DNA of 64,000 bases from contig NC_043014.1 in the NCBI RefSeq assembly GCF_006345805.1, positions 27,652,001 through 27,716,000 on the forward strand, written 5' to 3'. The notes under the pieces were generated by a model. It had not been told where the DNA came from and did no database searches. It saw only the letters and a list, made by a program, of their open reading frames with translations. Both the position numbers and the translations under genes were made by a program. Below are positions 63,400 through 64,000 of the stretch, piece by piece. How positions within the stretch are numbered: the stretch's first letter is position 1; the number at the start of each line of letters is the position of its first letter. This DNA comes from Octopus sinensis (taxonomy: Eukaryota).

Positions 63400-63720
63400 A
63401 ATAGCTGGTTAGGATGTTATACTTGGATTGTGCTTCATTTAGGTTTGGAGTTCATATTCCACAGTTGAAAATACTTTTTATTGATTTTATTCCTTCAAAA
63501 GGTGGTAGAATTGTTAGCATGCTGGACAAAGTGCTTGGCAGCATTTCAACCATCTTTTTGAATTCAAATTTTGCTGAGGCTGACTTTGCCTTTTTTTTTT
63601 TTTTTTTGAATCAGTAAAATAAGTACCAGTTGAGTATTAACCGTTCCTTCAAAATTTCAGGCACAAAGCATGAAATTTTGAAGGAAGGGTTAGTTGAATT
63701 TTGTAGTTGAAAAGACTAAT
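63400..63720 (+). mobile_element. SINE fragments
   Basis: TTGAATTCAAATTTTGCTGAGGCTGACTTTGCCTTT...AAATAAGTACCAGTTGAGTA, the same family as 12500-12660. Confidence 0.6.
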
Positions 63721-64000
63721 TTTATTTCTTCAGTTGTTGATGCTGTTGTTACTGCTATCTTCAGTTACCATTGCTCAATATAATGAATTATGCCATGAAT
63801 AGATGTAACTGAGTTAAAGTGAAAAAACAACTTCCCAAACATTCAGTTTCTAGAATCAACCCACCTTTTTATATGTAGATATAACTCATCTAGTGTGCTG
63901 GTCTGGAACACATAAATCATTTTAAAGTCATTATAAAGGCAGATAATTGGCAGAATCAGTAGAATATTGGACCAAATACATTGTGGCACCTGGCTACATC

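Overview
AT-rich, microsatellite-dense animal genomic DNA. The tRNA-headed SINEs, the RTE LINEs with (GAT)n tails and the C2H2 gene fit an octopus (coleoid cephalopod) genome; this is inference from repeat types, not a database match. The only clear host gene is a single long exon at 57793-61503 (+), encoding 1236 aa. It has 3 N-terminal and 3 C-terminal zinc fingers around a long N/S/Q-rich region that carries about 10 copies of an unrecognised 16-aa motif plus SIM-like motifs. The rest is mostly transposon relics: DD34D mariners, DD37D maT, Tc1, piggyBac, Helitrons, RTE and BovB-like LINEs, Penelope, SINEs and MITEs, several of them nested. The most notable structures are: (1) the motif array in the zinc-finger protein; (2) a diverged ~840-bp tandem array split by a young mariner; (3) a hammerhead-ribozyme core with an 83-nt loop II; (4) repeated fold-back palindromes centred on (TA)n; (5) an RTE with a 45-bp target duplication; (6) a CpG-rich foldback element with a 9-10-bp TSD inside a CpG-retaining, promoter-like domain; and (7) a 109-nt hairpin upstream of the gene. 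No rRNA, true tRNA gene or CRISPR array was found. All alignments and folds were done by eye, so boundaries of decayed elements are approximate.
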